A stretch of DNA of 64,000 nucleotides from Gemmatimonadota bacterium (GCA_039586795.1 JBDHJS010000011.1:32001-96000); one strand, 5' to 3'. Shown: positions 48,564-62,500, counted from the stretch's first letter. The notes: generated from the sequence alone by a model not told the origin. Made by a program: numbers and translations.

Positions 48564-49390
48564 TGGCTCGATCGACTCGACCGCTGAATCTGCTGCTGAC
48601 CCTGGCCCTGCTATCTGCTGTCCAGGTGCCTGCGTTCGCCCAGCACGACGACATCTCCGTCACCACTCCAGAGAGGTCATCAAGTGGCTGCGTGTTGTGT
48701 CACGCGTCGCACGATGCCGGGCCAACCGTCAAGAGCCTACGCATTGATCCCTTGGTCGCATCCGAATACTCAGCCGCCGGCCTCTCTCCCGCATCTCTCA
48801 GTTGCCTGCGATGTCATTCCACGTGGAGCGCCCGGCTGCGACAACCGGAGTACGTCAACTTGGGAGTGGCTCCATCCCCAGGCGGAAAGCTCTTCGGGAC
48901 CTATCTGCAGGACGATCATCCGGTAGGCGAAGCTTCGCGCCCCGGGCTACCCATGAGGGGAGACGACGCGGATCCATGGTCTAGTTCCGTCGGGATTGGA
49001 AGCGTCGTTCCGAGCCCCGGGACCCACGTACCCGAGTGCAACACCTGCCACGACCCCCATTCTCGCAACGGGCTTCTCATCGCACCCGAGGAGGAGCATT
49101 TCTTCTGCGGCGCGTGCCACGACAGGACTCAGGCCTCATCGACCACGCATACAAACGTCCCCTGCACTGGCTGTCACGCCCTCCACAACGCATCCTCGAC
49201 CAAACTTCTGGCGGAACATGATGTCGACCGGCTCTGCCTCTCCTGTCACACTGCCGCTGGCGTTCCCTCCCTGTCACGCAACTACTCCGAACGCCGAGCC
49301 GAGCTACTAAGCATGCTGGCAGTTCCACGAACGAACATGCATGGCGAGTCGCGTTCCGATCGCTGCACGGGCTGCCACCTGCCTCACTGA
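48563..49390 (+). CDS. Exported heptaheme cytochrome c
   Basis: ATG at 48563; CVLCH, CLRCH, CNTCH, CGACH, CTGCH, CLSCH, CTGCH; LQDDHPVG motif. Confidence 0.9.
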   Translation: MARSTRPLNLLLTLALLSAVQVPAFAQHDDISVTTPERSSSGCVLCHASHDAGPTVKSLRIDPLVASEYSAAGLSPASLSCLRCHSTWSARLRQPEYVNLGVAPSPGGKLFGTYLQDDHPVGEASRPGLPMRGDDADPWSSSVGIGSVVPSPGTHVPECNTCHDPHSRNGLLIAPEEEHFFCGACHDRTQASSTTHTNVPCTGCHALHNASSTKLLAEHDVDRLCLSCHTAAGVPSLSRNYSERRAELLSMLAVPRTNMHGESRSDRCTGCHLPH

Positions 49391-49526
49391 ACACCAGCAC
49401 TCTGCACCAAAAACGCCGCGGCAACTGCGCTCACGCGGGAGCGGTCGACGGCCGAGCTTCGTAAGTGCTACACTATTTGACTTTGGCTGATCGTGCCGCG
49501 ATGTTGCAGCTGTAGAGAAGACCGAA

Positions 49527-49602
49527 GCCCCGGTCGTTAAAGGGTCCTTTTGGAAGACGTTTCATTGGTCCCTCCTCAACGGCGGCCGGGGCCTATTCTT
49601 TT
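49527..49602 (+). ncRNA. Candidate antisense sRNA / 3'-UTR hairpin complementary to the RBS-start of OmcE-like gene 2
   Basis: 49558-49580 is the exact reverse complement of 43878-43900. It sits in a long imperfect stem (GCCCCGGTCG / CGGCCGGGGC) followed by TATTCTTTT. Confidence 0.5.
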
Positions 49603-49611
49603 GAAGTACGA
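49602..49611 (+). repeat. Right copy of the 10-bp direct repeat flanking the cytochrome island
   Basis: TGAAGTACGA, identical at 34081-34090. Confidence 0.5.
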
Positions 49612-49696
49612 CCTCCCTCCCTCATCTGAGACCACCGCACTCGTTGGTGGTAGGTGGCCCTCAGGCTGACACGCATAGCAGCATACCCGGTAGTGA

Positions 49697-53047
<3,351 letters not shown>

Positions 53048-53055
53048 AAAGTGGG

Positions 53056-53092
53056 GAGTAGGGGGTGGTGGGTGATCCGGCTCCCCCTACTC
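53056..53092. terminator. Hairpin between convergent genes
   Basis: GAGTAGGGGG / CCCCCTACTC. Confidence 0.55.
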
Positions 53093-53094
53093 GC

Positions 53095-54486
53095 CTAATG
53101 CTTGTCGAAATCGGCGACGAACGCTCGCAATACGTTTGCGTCCTCGGCGTAGTGTGTCCACAGGCACGCGACGCGACCGTCGTAGGCGCTGATGCCGTTG
53201 TAGTCTCCGAAGAAGCGGTCCGTCTGCGGCTCGAACGGCTCGTCGCTGATCCGATACTCCTCGAACGATCGCCCGCCGTCCGTCGAACGCGCCAGGTAGA
53301 CGTGGACGCCCTTGCCGTCTCGTGCCCGACGATCGTAGTAGACGATGTTGACGCTGCCATCCACCGGATCGACGCTCATCCAGGTGAAGAACTGTGCTCG
53401 GTTGTTCTTCAGCCTGTCCTGGTTGACCCGTAACGGCTCGCTCCAGGTGACGCCGTGATCTGTGGAGCGGGATAGGAACACGTCGGGGTCGCCGTGCCGC
53501 TCGTCGACCCAGTTCACGTAGACCGTGCCGCGGTGTAAACCCTCCGATATGTCCACCGCTGTGACCGGCATGCCGTTGGCCCGAGGCGTCCCCTCGATCT
53601 CGATGTCCCAGCCGCCGGGCTGCTCGAGGATGGTCCACGCATCCTTCCAGCTCGCTCCGCCATCCTTCGATAATGTGAACTCGATGCCCCGGGGACCGCT
53701 CCATGCCATGTACACCGTGCCCTCGGGTCCCGCCGCCGGGACCGCGCCCTCCACCGTGTCGTCGCTGTCCACCGCGTCGCCGCCAGGCGCCGGTATCCGC
53801 TGCGGCCGCGAAAACGTGCGCCCACCGTCGTCAGATCGCACGACATATATAAAGGATGAGTCCCGCGGCGAGTCGCTGCCGTAGCGGGTGAAGCGAGTCC
53901 ATGCGATGTAGATGCTGCCCTGGTACGGACTGTCCTTGGAGAGATCGATTCCTGGATAGGGCTTGTCCTCGAACGGAACGATGCTGTTCAGATGCTCGAC
54001 CAGGATAACTTCGTCGCCGTAGCTCAGGCCGCCATCGTCCGAGGCTCGCAGAAAGAGACCATTGCGCGGATAGACGCCCTCCGGATTCCGAAGGTGGCGG
54101 AAGCCCAGGTAGCTGCGATAGACCCGGCCTTCATGGTCGATCACGACCGCATCGTCGCCCTGCACCTTGTCCGCTGGGTTGGGCATGGCAACGGATGTCC
54201 AGGTCTTGCCACCATCCCACGATACGTAGGTGAAGTTGCTGATCTTCCACCCGTTCCAGACGCGCAGCGTGACCACCGCCGAACCGACGATGTGGTTCAC
54301 ATTCGTCGGGTCGATGGCGATCGCCGTCTCAACAGCGCTGTGTGGTCCGGTCGTCACGGCGACCGGGGCCGGTAGGTCTCGCGCCAACCCCGCTTCCGGC
54401 GGTTGCGGGGTCTGGGCGCTCGCCGTTGCCGTGAAGGCACCGGCGAGCGTCAGGGTCATGCAAAGGGCCAGAAACCGCCGGAGCAT
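53095..54486 (-). CDS. BNR/Asp-box (sialidase-like) secreted protein
   Basis: Signal peptide from the ATG at 54486; several S.DGG..W/F boxes; DKP; GDY. Confidence 0.82.
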   Translation of the reverse strand: MLRRFLALCMTLTLAGAFTATASAQTPQPPEAGLARDLPAPVAVTTGPHSAVETAIAIDPTNVNHIVGSAVVTLRVWNGWKISNFTYVSWDGGKTWTSVAMPNPADKVQGDDAVVIDHEGRVYRSYLGFRHLRNPEGVYPRNGLFLRASDDGGLSYGDEVILVEHLNSIVPFEDKPYPGIDLSKDSPYQGSIYIAWTRFTRYGSDSPRDSSFIYVVRSDDGGRTFSRPQRIPAPGGDAVDSDDTVEGAVPAAGPEGTVYMAWSGPRGIEFTLSKDGGASWKDAWTILEQPGGWDIEIEGTPRANGMPVTAVDISEGLHRGTVYVNWVDERHGDPDVFLSRSTDHGVTWSEPLRVNQDRLKNNRAQFFTWMSVDPVDGSVNIVYYDRRARDGKGVHVYLARSTDGGRSFEEYRISDEPFEPQTDRFFGDYNGISAYDGRVACLWTHYAEDANVLRAFVADFDKH

Positions 54487-54488
54487 CG

Positions 54489-56747
54489 TCACTCCTCCGT
54501 CTCCGACGCCTGCGGCCCGGCCGGCATGTTCTCCATCAAGTAGTTGGTGAGCAGCGTGTACAGATGCAGCGTCGTGCCGCGACCTTCGTAGATGCCGTGC
54601 GAACGGTTTGGGTACGGCATGATCGTGAACTGCTTGCCCGCCTCGACCAGCGCGTTGACCAACACCTCGGTGCCCTGATAGTGGACGTTGTCGTCTCCCG
54701 TACCGTGCACGATCAGAAGATTCCCTTGCAGCCGATCGGCAAACGTCACCGGCGACGACTGCTCGTACTCCGTCGGGTTGTCTTGGGGCAACCCCATGTA
54801 CCGTTCCTGATAGATCGTGTCGTACAGCCGAACGTCCGGTACCGGCGCGACGGCCATCGCCGTGCTGTAGAAATCCGGGTAGCGGAAGATCATGTTGAGG
54901 CTCATCGAGCCGCCACCGCTCCAGCCCCAGATGCCGATCCGCGCCGGATCGACGTGGGACCACTGCCCAACCGCACGCGCGGCAGCGGCCTGATCGAACG
55001 AGGCGTGGACACCGATCTTCTTGTAGACGACCTTGCGCCAGTCGCGACCGCGCGGCGCCGGCGTACCCCGATTATCGATGCTCATCACGATATAGCCCTG
55101 CTGCGTCAGCATCAGATGCCACAGGTAGTTCCTGCCCATCCACGCGTCACGCACCGTCTGTCCCCACGGCTCGCCATAGACATAGAACAGGACGGGGTAT
55201 TTCTTCGACGGGTCGAAATCCGGCGGCCGCATCTCGAACCCATCCAGCATCACGCCTTCACCGTTGTCCACGCGGAAGAAACGCGACTCGCCGCGGTCCA
55301 GCGACTCGATCGTCGCCCGCAGTCGTGCGTTGTCGACCAGCGTTCTCACCACCTCATGGTCCGGCAATCTTACCAGCTCGATGATCGGCGGCGTCATGAA
55401 GCTCGAGTAGGTGTGGAAGGCGAAGCGCGCATCGCGCGAGATCTGATACGAGTGGGTGCCCGGCTGACCGGCGGGCGTCAGGCGTTCGGCCCTCCCGCTG
55501 CCGTCCAGCGGTGTGCGATACAGGTAGCGCTGCTTCGGATCGTCCGGTGACGCGATGTAGTAGAGCCAGCCGCCGTCCTCGTCGATGTGCTGAACGCTCA
55601 CGATGTCGTAGTCGCCCGGCGTGATCAGCTGCATGTCCTGCCCATCTCGAGATATTATGTAGACATGCCGCCAACCGTCCCGCTCGCTCACCCAGGTGAA
55701 GCGCTTCCCATCGTCCAGCCATTCCAGATCCTCGACGACGTCGAGCCAGGCCTCATCCGTCTCGGTTACTATCGTCCGCGCTTCGCCGCTGCTCGCCTTG
55801 GCCAGCGTGAGCCAGTTCGTGTTCTGTAGGCGGTTCAAGTGCTGGATTACGACTTCGTCCGAATCGTCCGCCCACTCCATGCGCGGGATGTAGTTGTTCC
55901 GCGGATCGCCCTCCATCCCGATCCAGCGCGTATCACCGCCATCAGCGCTGACCACACCGACTTTGACGGCTGAGTTGGTTTCGCCGGCCTTCGGATACGG
56001 GAACTCGATAAGCCTCGGATAGAGCGAATCCGTGTTGTTGATCATCGTGAACCACGGCACGCCCTCGGTGTCGAACTGCCAGTAGGCGATCCGTTCGCCG
56101 TTCGGACTCCAGCGGAAGCCGTCGCGCAAAAAGAACTCTTCTTCGTAGACCCAATCGGACGTCCCGTTGACGATCCACTCCGATCCGTCATCGGTAAGCG
56201 CGATGATCTCGCCGCTCTCCAGGTCTTCGACGTAGATATTGTTCTCCTGGACATAGCCTACTCGGCCACCATCCGGCGAGAACTTGGCGAACATGAGCGT
56301 CGCCTCTTCGGCATCGCCGCCTACCTGGCGGAGCGCGCCCGACCCGAGATCCAGCACCCAGTAGTCGCCCCGCGTGTTCGATCGCCATACGCGCCGCGTA
56401 TTGGTGAAGATCAGCAGCTTGGATCCGTCGTCCGACCATTGATAGCCGGAGATCCACAGCGGTTGCCTGGCACCTGCCGGCGTCAGCACCGCCGCCGAGA
56501 CCAGAACTTCTCGAGCGCCCGTCTCGGGATCGTATTTCACGATCTCGCGGGCCCGCCGGTTGGCAGTGAACTCCAGGGTCGTGTAGCTGCCGTCCTCCAT
56601 CCAGCGGGCCGGCCCGAAGAACTGGCCACTGAAATCGGCGGAGGCGAAGATCCGCTCAAGGGCGAGCTCTGACGGCTGCTGCGCTAGCAGCGACGTGGCG
56701 AGCAGCATCAGGATCAGGACCGCGAAGGTCGTACGAATGCGATTCAC
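54489..56747 (-). CDS. S9B dipeptidyl-peptidase IV family protein
   Basis: DWVYEEE, YPKAG, GWSGGG nucleophile elbow, HGTGDDNVH, RSH; GTG start at 56747. Confidence 0.95.
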   Translation of the reverse strand: MNRIRTTFAVLILMLLATSLLAQQPSELALERIFASADFSGQFFGPARWMEDGSYTTLEFTANRRAREIVKYDPETGAREVLVSAAVLTPAGARQPLWISGYQWSDDGSKLLIFTNTRRVWRSNTRGDYWVLDLGSGALRQVGGDAEEATLMFAKFSPDGGRVGYVQENNIYVEDLESGEIIALTDDGSEWIVNGTSDWVYEEEFFLRDGFRWSPNGERIAYWQFDTEGVPWFTMINNTDSLYPRLIEFPYPKAGETNSAVKVGVVSADGGDTRWIGMEGDPRNNYIPRMEWADDSDEVVIQHLNRLQNTNWLTLAKASSGEARTIVTETDEAWLDVVEDLEWLDDGKRFTWVSERDGWRHVYIISRDGQDMQLITPGDYDIVSVQHIDEDGGWLYYIASPDDPKQRYLYRTPLDGSGRAERLTPAGQPGTHSYQISRDARFAFHTYSSFMTPPIIELVRLPDHEVVRTLVDNARLRATIESLDRGESRFFRVDNGEGVMLDGFEMRPPDFDPSKKYPVLFYVYGEPWGQTVRDAWMGRNYLWHLMLTQQGYIVMSIDNRGTPAPRGRDWRKVVYKKIGVHASFDQAAAARAVGQWSHVDPARIGIWGWSGGGSMSLNMIFRYPDFYSTAMAVAPVPDVRLYDTIYQERYMGLPQDNPTEYEQSSPVTFADRLQGNLLIVHGTGDDNVHYQGTEVLVNALVEAGKQFTIMPYPNRSHGIYEGRGTTLHLYTLLTNYLMENMPAGPQASETEE

Positions 56748-56853
56748 GTGATTCTCCTTCGTTGGTTTGTTGAGGGCCGCGCGAAATCTACCCCGGGGCC
56801 GGGTTTCGCGCACCTGCTGAGATGGGGAGAATCCTAGGAGAACTGAGGAGTTC

Positions 56854-56885
56854 GAGGGGCGACCCGCCTTAGCGGGTGGCCCCTC
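56854..56885 (-). terminator. Hairpin downstream of the PilX-like gene
   Basis: 14-bp stem with one mismatch, GAGGGGCGACCCGC / GCGGGTGGCCCCTC. Confidence 0.65.
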
Positions 56886-56893
56886 AGATCTTT

Positions 56894-59119
56894 CTAATAC
56901 GCTTCACGCATCGCGGTGCGGAACACGTATCCTACGTTCGGCGTGCCCGGAGGCAGGTTCGCGGGGTCGCGAAAATCGATATCGAACGCCCAGTTGCGCT
57001 GCGGGGGCGTATAGTACGTCCCGTTCCAGGTGCCCGTCGTCTTCTGACTGGTGAACGGGCTAATCAGCGAGCCCAGGTAGTTGAAGTCCACCTTATTGCT
57101 GCCATTCCGCCAGTGCTCAAGGAAGCGGGGGAAGTTCTCGAGACCGCCGCCATACCAATCCTTGTAGTAGGCGGTCGAGCCGTCGGCGGCGCACGATGTT
57201 TCGTGATGATCGCAGGGAGTTGCCCAATGCCCGGCCAGGATGGCGCCGTTCACCGTAGTCTCGCTCGAGCTCTGCTTCTTCCACTTGGGCTGCCATTTCG
57301 TGTACTCGATACACGGGTTGGTCCAGCTCACAAGACCGGTGCATGTGTCGATGTCGTTCTGCGCAGGCCGATTGTCCGCATCATCCCAAGCGTTCGACAG
57401 AATCGTTATGCCGTCACCCATGAGTGAGGTGGACTTCTTGTCGATCGAGTTGTAATCGCCGCGTACGTAGAGCGGCCACTCTGTAGCGACGGTCAACCGG
57501 TTGGGGAGCAGCGAGCCGTTTACCAGTCGAACCGCCGGATCTACGGTGGCGTCCGGCAAGTAGTCGCGGGTTACCGGCGCGTAATTGCCGACCTCCGCCG
57601 GAACGAGGAACTCGACGTAGACAATCTCCGTCTGACGAGCCGTGCTCACCGCCTCCCACGCAGCCAGCTGCGTCATGTCTATGTTGAGAACGTCCTTCAG
57701 TTCAGTCTCGCGTCCGTCGTAAAAATCCGACCATTCCCACTGAAAGATCTTGCACATGTCGGTTTGGGACAGTGCTTCCCCGCCCATGGACCGGTCGACC
57801 GTGATGTTCGGCCATAGCCTATCGGCCTCCGCCATCACGCTCAGCAAGTCGTGCCAGTAGGCCGTCCCGTCTACACCTTCACCGTCATTATCAGCGCCTA
57901 ACACCTCAACGCGGATGCCATCGACGGCGCTGGGAATGTCAACCTTGAACCTGCACTCCCCAATCAGCTCTTTCGAATAGACCGTCGCACCGTCCGCGTA
58001 TACTGTGACGTCTGCATTAAAACCGTCGCAGTTCACGCCCAGGATCTTGAAATCCACGCTGTTCCCTGGGATGACCGGGTCCAAGGCAGTGATCGACAAC
58101 ACGCCGTCAACGGCATCCGGATCGTACTTGGGCGGAGTACCACCACAGACGTCGCCCAGCGTCCTGACGTTCACGAGATCCACTGTCACGTAAGTGTCAG
58201 CTTTCCAGGCCAGCTTGATCTGCCTTTCTGCCTCGCTGTCATCACCTTCCCGCGGTCGAATCACCTCATAGGCTGGTGTTCCCAGGGGGAGCGGAATGCG
58301 CAGTGAGTCAACGTCAAAAGCGCCCGTCATGACGCGGCAATCGAATGCCGAACAACTCTGAGCCTTGAACGCTTCGGGATCCGAGTACGTCCGGCTATCG
58401 AAATTCAAGGCAATTTCATTACCGCTGGCGTCGTTGATGAACACGCCGTTCTTGACGCTGTGAAAGTCCTTGCGGTCGTGGAATATCTCATTCGGGGTGG
58501 TGATGATGTCCCTGTACCAGGCGTTGTTTGAGCTCAGGTAGATGTTCCCGTTCGAATGAACTCGACCGAGAAACTCCATCGGCGGCCCGTTGGTCGCTTC
58601 CAGATCCTGTTCGAAGAACACGCCGAACTGGAAGATCGGGATCGCTTGCGCTTTTGCCCTCAGGATGATCGCCGAGCGGTCGCCCAACGGGTTCTTCGCC
58701 GAGGAGTAGATGTCGACGTTTTGCGTTAGCGCGTTGAGTCCCGCGTATGGACCGTCGGTCACAGTCTCGACGATGGCGTCGCCTAACCTCTCGACGTAGA
58801 AGCTGTCGAATTCGATGTAACTCAGAGTCGGCGGATTGATGTTGAGCAGATCGGCGTCCGAGAGATGGCCGTCAGATAGCATCGCCTTCAGCTGGGCCAG
58901 CGTCGCTTCGCCACCCGCCTCCGCCGCGTAATAGACCCGCGTGTCCTGGTAGTCGCTTCCTGATGTGCGAAGCGCGCTTACCGCTCCATTCAGCGCCGCC
59001 GCCGTCAGCATCGCCACCAACGCGATCAACATCAACGTCGCGATCAGAGCGAGCCCGCTACGGTCCTCAAGGTGCCGCAGCTCGATCAGTTGTTTGGCTG
59101 GTCTCCGCAACCTGTCCAT
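56894..59119 (-). CDS. Large protein with a PilX-type N-terminal pilin-like domain
   Basis: RSG|LALIATLMLIALV leader, YYAAEAG, G.VHSNGNIY, GGLENFPRFLE.W, Y.PP.R.W.FD..F....LPPGTP. Confidence 0.78.
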   Translation of the reverse strand: MDRLRRPAKQLIELRHLEDRSGLALIATLMLIALVAMLTAAALNGAVSALRTSGSDYQDTRVYYAAEAGGEATLAQLKAMLSDGHLSDADLLNINPPTLSYIEFDSFYVERLGDAIVETVTDGPYAGLNALTQNVDIYSSAKNPLGDRSAIILRAKAQAIPIFQFGVFFEQDLEATNGPPMEFLGRVHSNGNIYLSSNNAWYRDIITTPNEIFHDRKDFHSVKNGVFINDASGNEIALNFDSRTYSDPEAFKAQSCSAFDCRVMTGAFDVDSLRIPLPLGTPAYEVIRPREGDDSEAERQIKLAWKADTYVTVDLVNVRTLGDVCGGTPPKYDPDAVDGVLSITALDPVIPGNSVDFKILGVNCDGFNADVTVYADGATVYSKELIGECRFKVDIPSAVDGIRVEVLGADNDGEGVDGTAYWHDLLSVMAEADRLWPNITVDRSMGGEALSQTDMCKIFQWEWSDFYDGRETELKDVLNIDMTQLAAWEAVSTARQTEIVYVEFLVPAEVGNYAPVTRDYLPDATVDPAVRLVNGSLLPNRLTVATEWPLYVRGDYNSIDKKSTSLMGDGITILSNAWDDADNRPAQNDIDTCTGLVSWTNPCIEYTKWQPKWKKQSSSETTVNGAILAGHWATPCDHHETSCAADGSTAYYKDWYGGGLENFPRFLEHWRNGSNKVDFNYLGSLISPFTSQKTTGTWNGTYYTPPQRNWAFDIDFRDPANLPPGTPNVGYVFRTAMREAY

Positions 59120-59588
59120 CTCTCACCCCATCGTGTGAGTTGCTCTGGCGATCCCCTTCGGGGACCGAACGGCATCCGTAACCTGCGATACCTCTGCTCA
59201 ACTTCAGCGGCGGGTAAGAACCTACGGGCGGGTGCTTCGGCTAAGGATCGAGTGCTGCTGACGGGGAAAAGGCGGCTCCACGAACTGTGGCGTACGGTCC
59301 ACACTCACTCCGGGATGAATCCCGCGAAATCCGTCATTTCCGTAGCATCGATGCCACAGTCATTCCGGGACGGTCCGCAGTAGCCTTTATAGTACTTGCC
59401 TTTCTGGCAACCCAGGGGGGCCGGGTCTGATGGGTTAAAAAGCAACCTGCGTACCAAGGCCTACAGAATTGCCGATCGGGCTGAGCCCGGTTCAGGGCGG
59501 CCTGGGAACCCGTTCGGAGCCATCCGGGTAACAGAATGCCCAGCGTCGCTCTCCCGGACGGCCCGTTTTCTCACAGCCTCAAGCTCTT

Positions 59589-62500
59589 TTGACCGAGATC
59601 GTCTCCTTTCTGCTGGCGCTGATCCCCGCCTTCTACATCGGCTGGCTGGGCCGCGGATTGGTGCGTCGGATTGATGACCCGGCCTTCCCCGAGTTCCGCC
59701 TCGCCGCCGGCCGGCGCCTGGTCTTCGTCTTCATCATCTGTATCGCCGCCAGCGTCGCGGCGAACGTCAGCTACATCGCGGCGAAGGTGGGGCTCGCTGT
59801 GCTCACGTCGCTCGCCGCCGACTTCCCCGCGCGGCGCCGAATTTTCGGCGAAACGCGCGGGTTGTTTGCCTATCTCTCTCAAACGCTGCGCTTTTGGATC
59901 GCTATGCTAGGCGCGCTGCTCCTCCTGGCAGCCACGCCGCTCTTCGTCGGACCGATCCAAGGTGCCGCGATGCCGGTGGCCACCCTCGTGCTGACGATCT
60001 CTTTGCTCTGGACCCATTTCAACGCCCTACTCTTCCCTAAGATCATCGGGGCGAGTCCTCTGCGGGATCGTGCTCTGGAAAGCGGTTTCGACTCGGTCAT
60101 CGCCCGGGCACACTGTCCATCGCCTGCGCTTCATGTCGCCGATGCGCCGGGTGGCCACTGGGTAAACGCCTTCGCTCTGCCATCGCTCCATAGACCGGGT
60201 GTGCTGTTCACCGCGGGGCTGCTGGAATCGCTCACAGCGGACGAGACGCGGGCCATCTTCGCGCATGAGGTCGCCCATCTGGAGCAATTCAACCGGCGTC
60301 GGCTGCTGCTGCGCGAGTTGGGTCTGGTGGTCCTGTCCCTCAGCCTATTGGGTGCGCTTGTCGCCTTCGGCGCCGATTCGGCGGTGTTCGGAACGCTGGT
60401 CTGGGTTTGGCCACTGGTTGTCCTGGCCTTCGTAGCCGCGATGATGTCGAGCAGCCAGTCCCGGGAGCACGAGAGCGATCTGCGGGCACTAGAGCTGACG
60501 GACACACCGGAGCCGCTGATCGCAGCGCTCACAAAGCTACACGATCTCCTACGGCTGCCACGCCGTTGGCGCGAGGAGAGCGAAGGTCGCATGTCACACC
60601 CGAGCCTTGCCAGGCGGCTGCGGGCGATTCGCGACGCGGCTGCGGAGCGAGGGCTGGACGTCGAGCGGGTCGACGACGTTTCGGACTTGGTGGTGCGGGA
60701 TACCAAAGACCCCGGTCAGGTGGCGCTGCTGGCAGCGGATCGACTCTACTGGTTCCACGGTGTAGATGCTGAAGCGGGTCTCGACGCCGCTGCCGTCCTC
60801 GCCGCGGCGCAGGAATACCGATCGATACGCTACGCCGATCTAACAGATCTTCGATTGGTCGTCGCTGCTCCCGACAGTTATCGCTTGTTGGCCGTCGACA
60901 GCCGTGGCGCTAAGCTCGAGCTCGCCCTCGGGGTAGAAGACGTCCCCCGGGTCAAGGCCATGCTGGAGACGGTCGATCTACAAGTCCGCAGCACATCGCT
61001 GGCGGAATCCAAGAAGATGGTTCAGCTGTCGGCCGGACAGATCAAAGACCGGCTCCTCGGGGCGTTGATCTCCCTGCTCGCGCTGCTTCCTCCCATCTCA
61101 TTGCCGCTAACCCTCACGGGCCTTCTCGTTCTCGCCAAGCCTTCACGAGTCGCCTTGCTGGCGGCAGGGGCCATCGGCTTTGCAGCCGGCCTTCTGGGAT
61201 TGAGAGCCTTTCCTGGAATGACCCTCGGCGGAGACGCCGCGCTGATCGTTCTGGTGCTCGAGGCTCTGCTGGGAATGCTGGCGATCATTCGTTCGACAGC
61301 GCGGCACCGAGCGCAACTGCCGGAACCGGGCAAGGCCTGGCGCTGGACGCTGGGTCTGCTGGGAGGCTTGGGAGCGCTGTACGTGGTGGGGTTCGCCGGA
61401 CGGCTCGACTCTCCGTTGCCCATCATGCAGACCCACCTCTGGGCACGTCATGAGTTCGGGTTCATTCTTGTCCTGTTCGGTCTGGCGGCTCTTCTATTCA
61501 CCGCGAGAGACCGCAGGTTGCGGATACCGGCTGCCATGGCGGTAGTGATGGCCGCCGTGCTCGTCACGCTCGGATCGACCTGGTTCGCGAGTCAATTCAG
61601 CGACGACCCGCTGGCCAGTCGGCCGGTGGTATTGACGACGGAGTGGATCGGTACAGAGCGAGTCCGCGAGGTCGCGCTCGATGGATACGCTGTGGAACTG
61701 AAACTGTCGCCCTCTGGGTCTAGGTTTGCCGTACGCCTCGCAGACTGGGGCGATGAGGATTATTGGTCGAGCGATCTCGGCTATCGCGTAGAGCTGGAGG
61801 ATGGCGGTTTCGCGATTGTTAACGCGGACGATCTGGAATTCCTGGCGGACGATCGTGTCGCTACTCTGAGCTACTCTGAGACCGGCGAGCTGTTGCTGGA
61901 GACGCTACACCTGGATGGATCTGGCGCGGCGAAGTATAAGGTCACGCTACCTCCCATCGAACACCCCACCTTGCGGGTCGACCCTGAAGCCAGCGCCTGG
62001 GAAGTAATCGGCACCGACATATATGAGGGTCGCGCCACCCGAGTCTCCGGCAAGTTCGAGAGCGTCGACTACGTGAGAAGTGACTGGAATCTCGATGCGT
62101 CGGAGGACGCCTACACCTCGGACTTCGTGGTGAACGGCGGCCGGCAAGCGCTGGCCGTGCGCAGCCACTTCGCGATCGGCGGCCTCGGAAGTCTGGCGTT
62201 GGCCCTGGGCCCGATCTCCGGCTACGCCTCGACGTCTGAGCTCCTCACCGTCTATCAGGAAGAACACGAATCCCTAGCGCTCACATCCCTCATGGTCTGG
62301 TGCGCCGAGCCGGCGGCGCTCCAAGATGATTTCGTTTGCGCCGCCAACGACCGAGAGTCGCGCACCGTCATCTGGTCGATCGATCCGAACGAGAAGCGGA
62401 TAACGCCAATCGGCTCCGTGTTCGGTCATTACTATCAGTTGACCTCGATATCCGGCGACCGTCTGCTGTTGGGTGGCTATGGAAGCCAGCCGATGATGCT

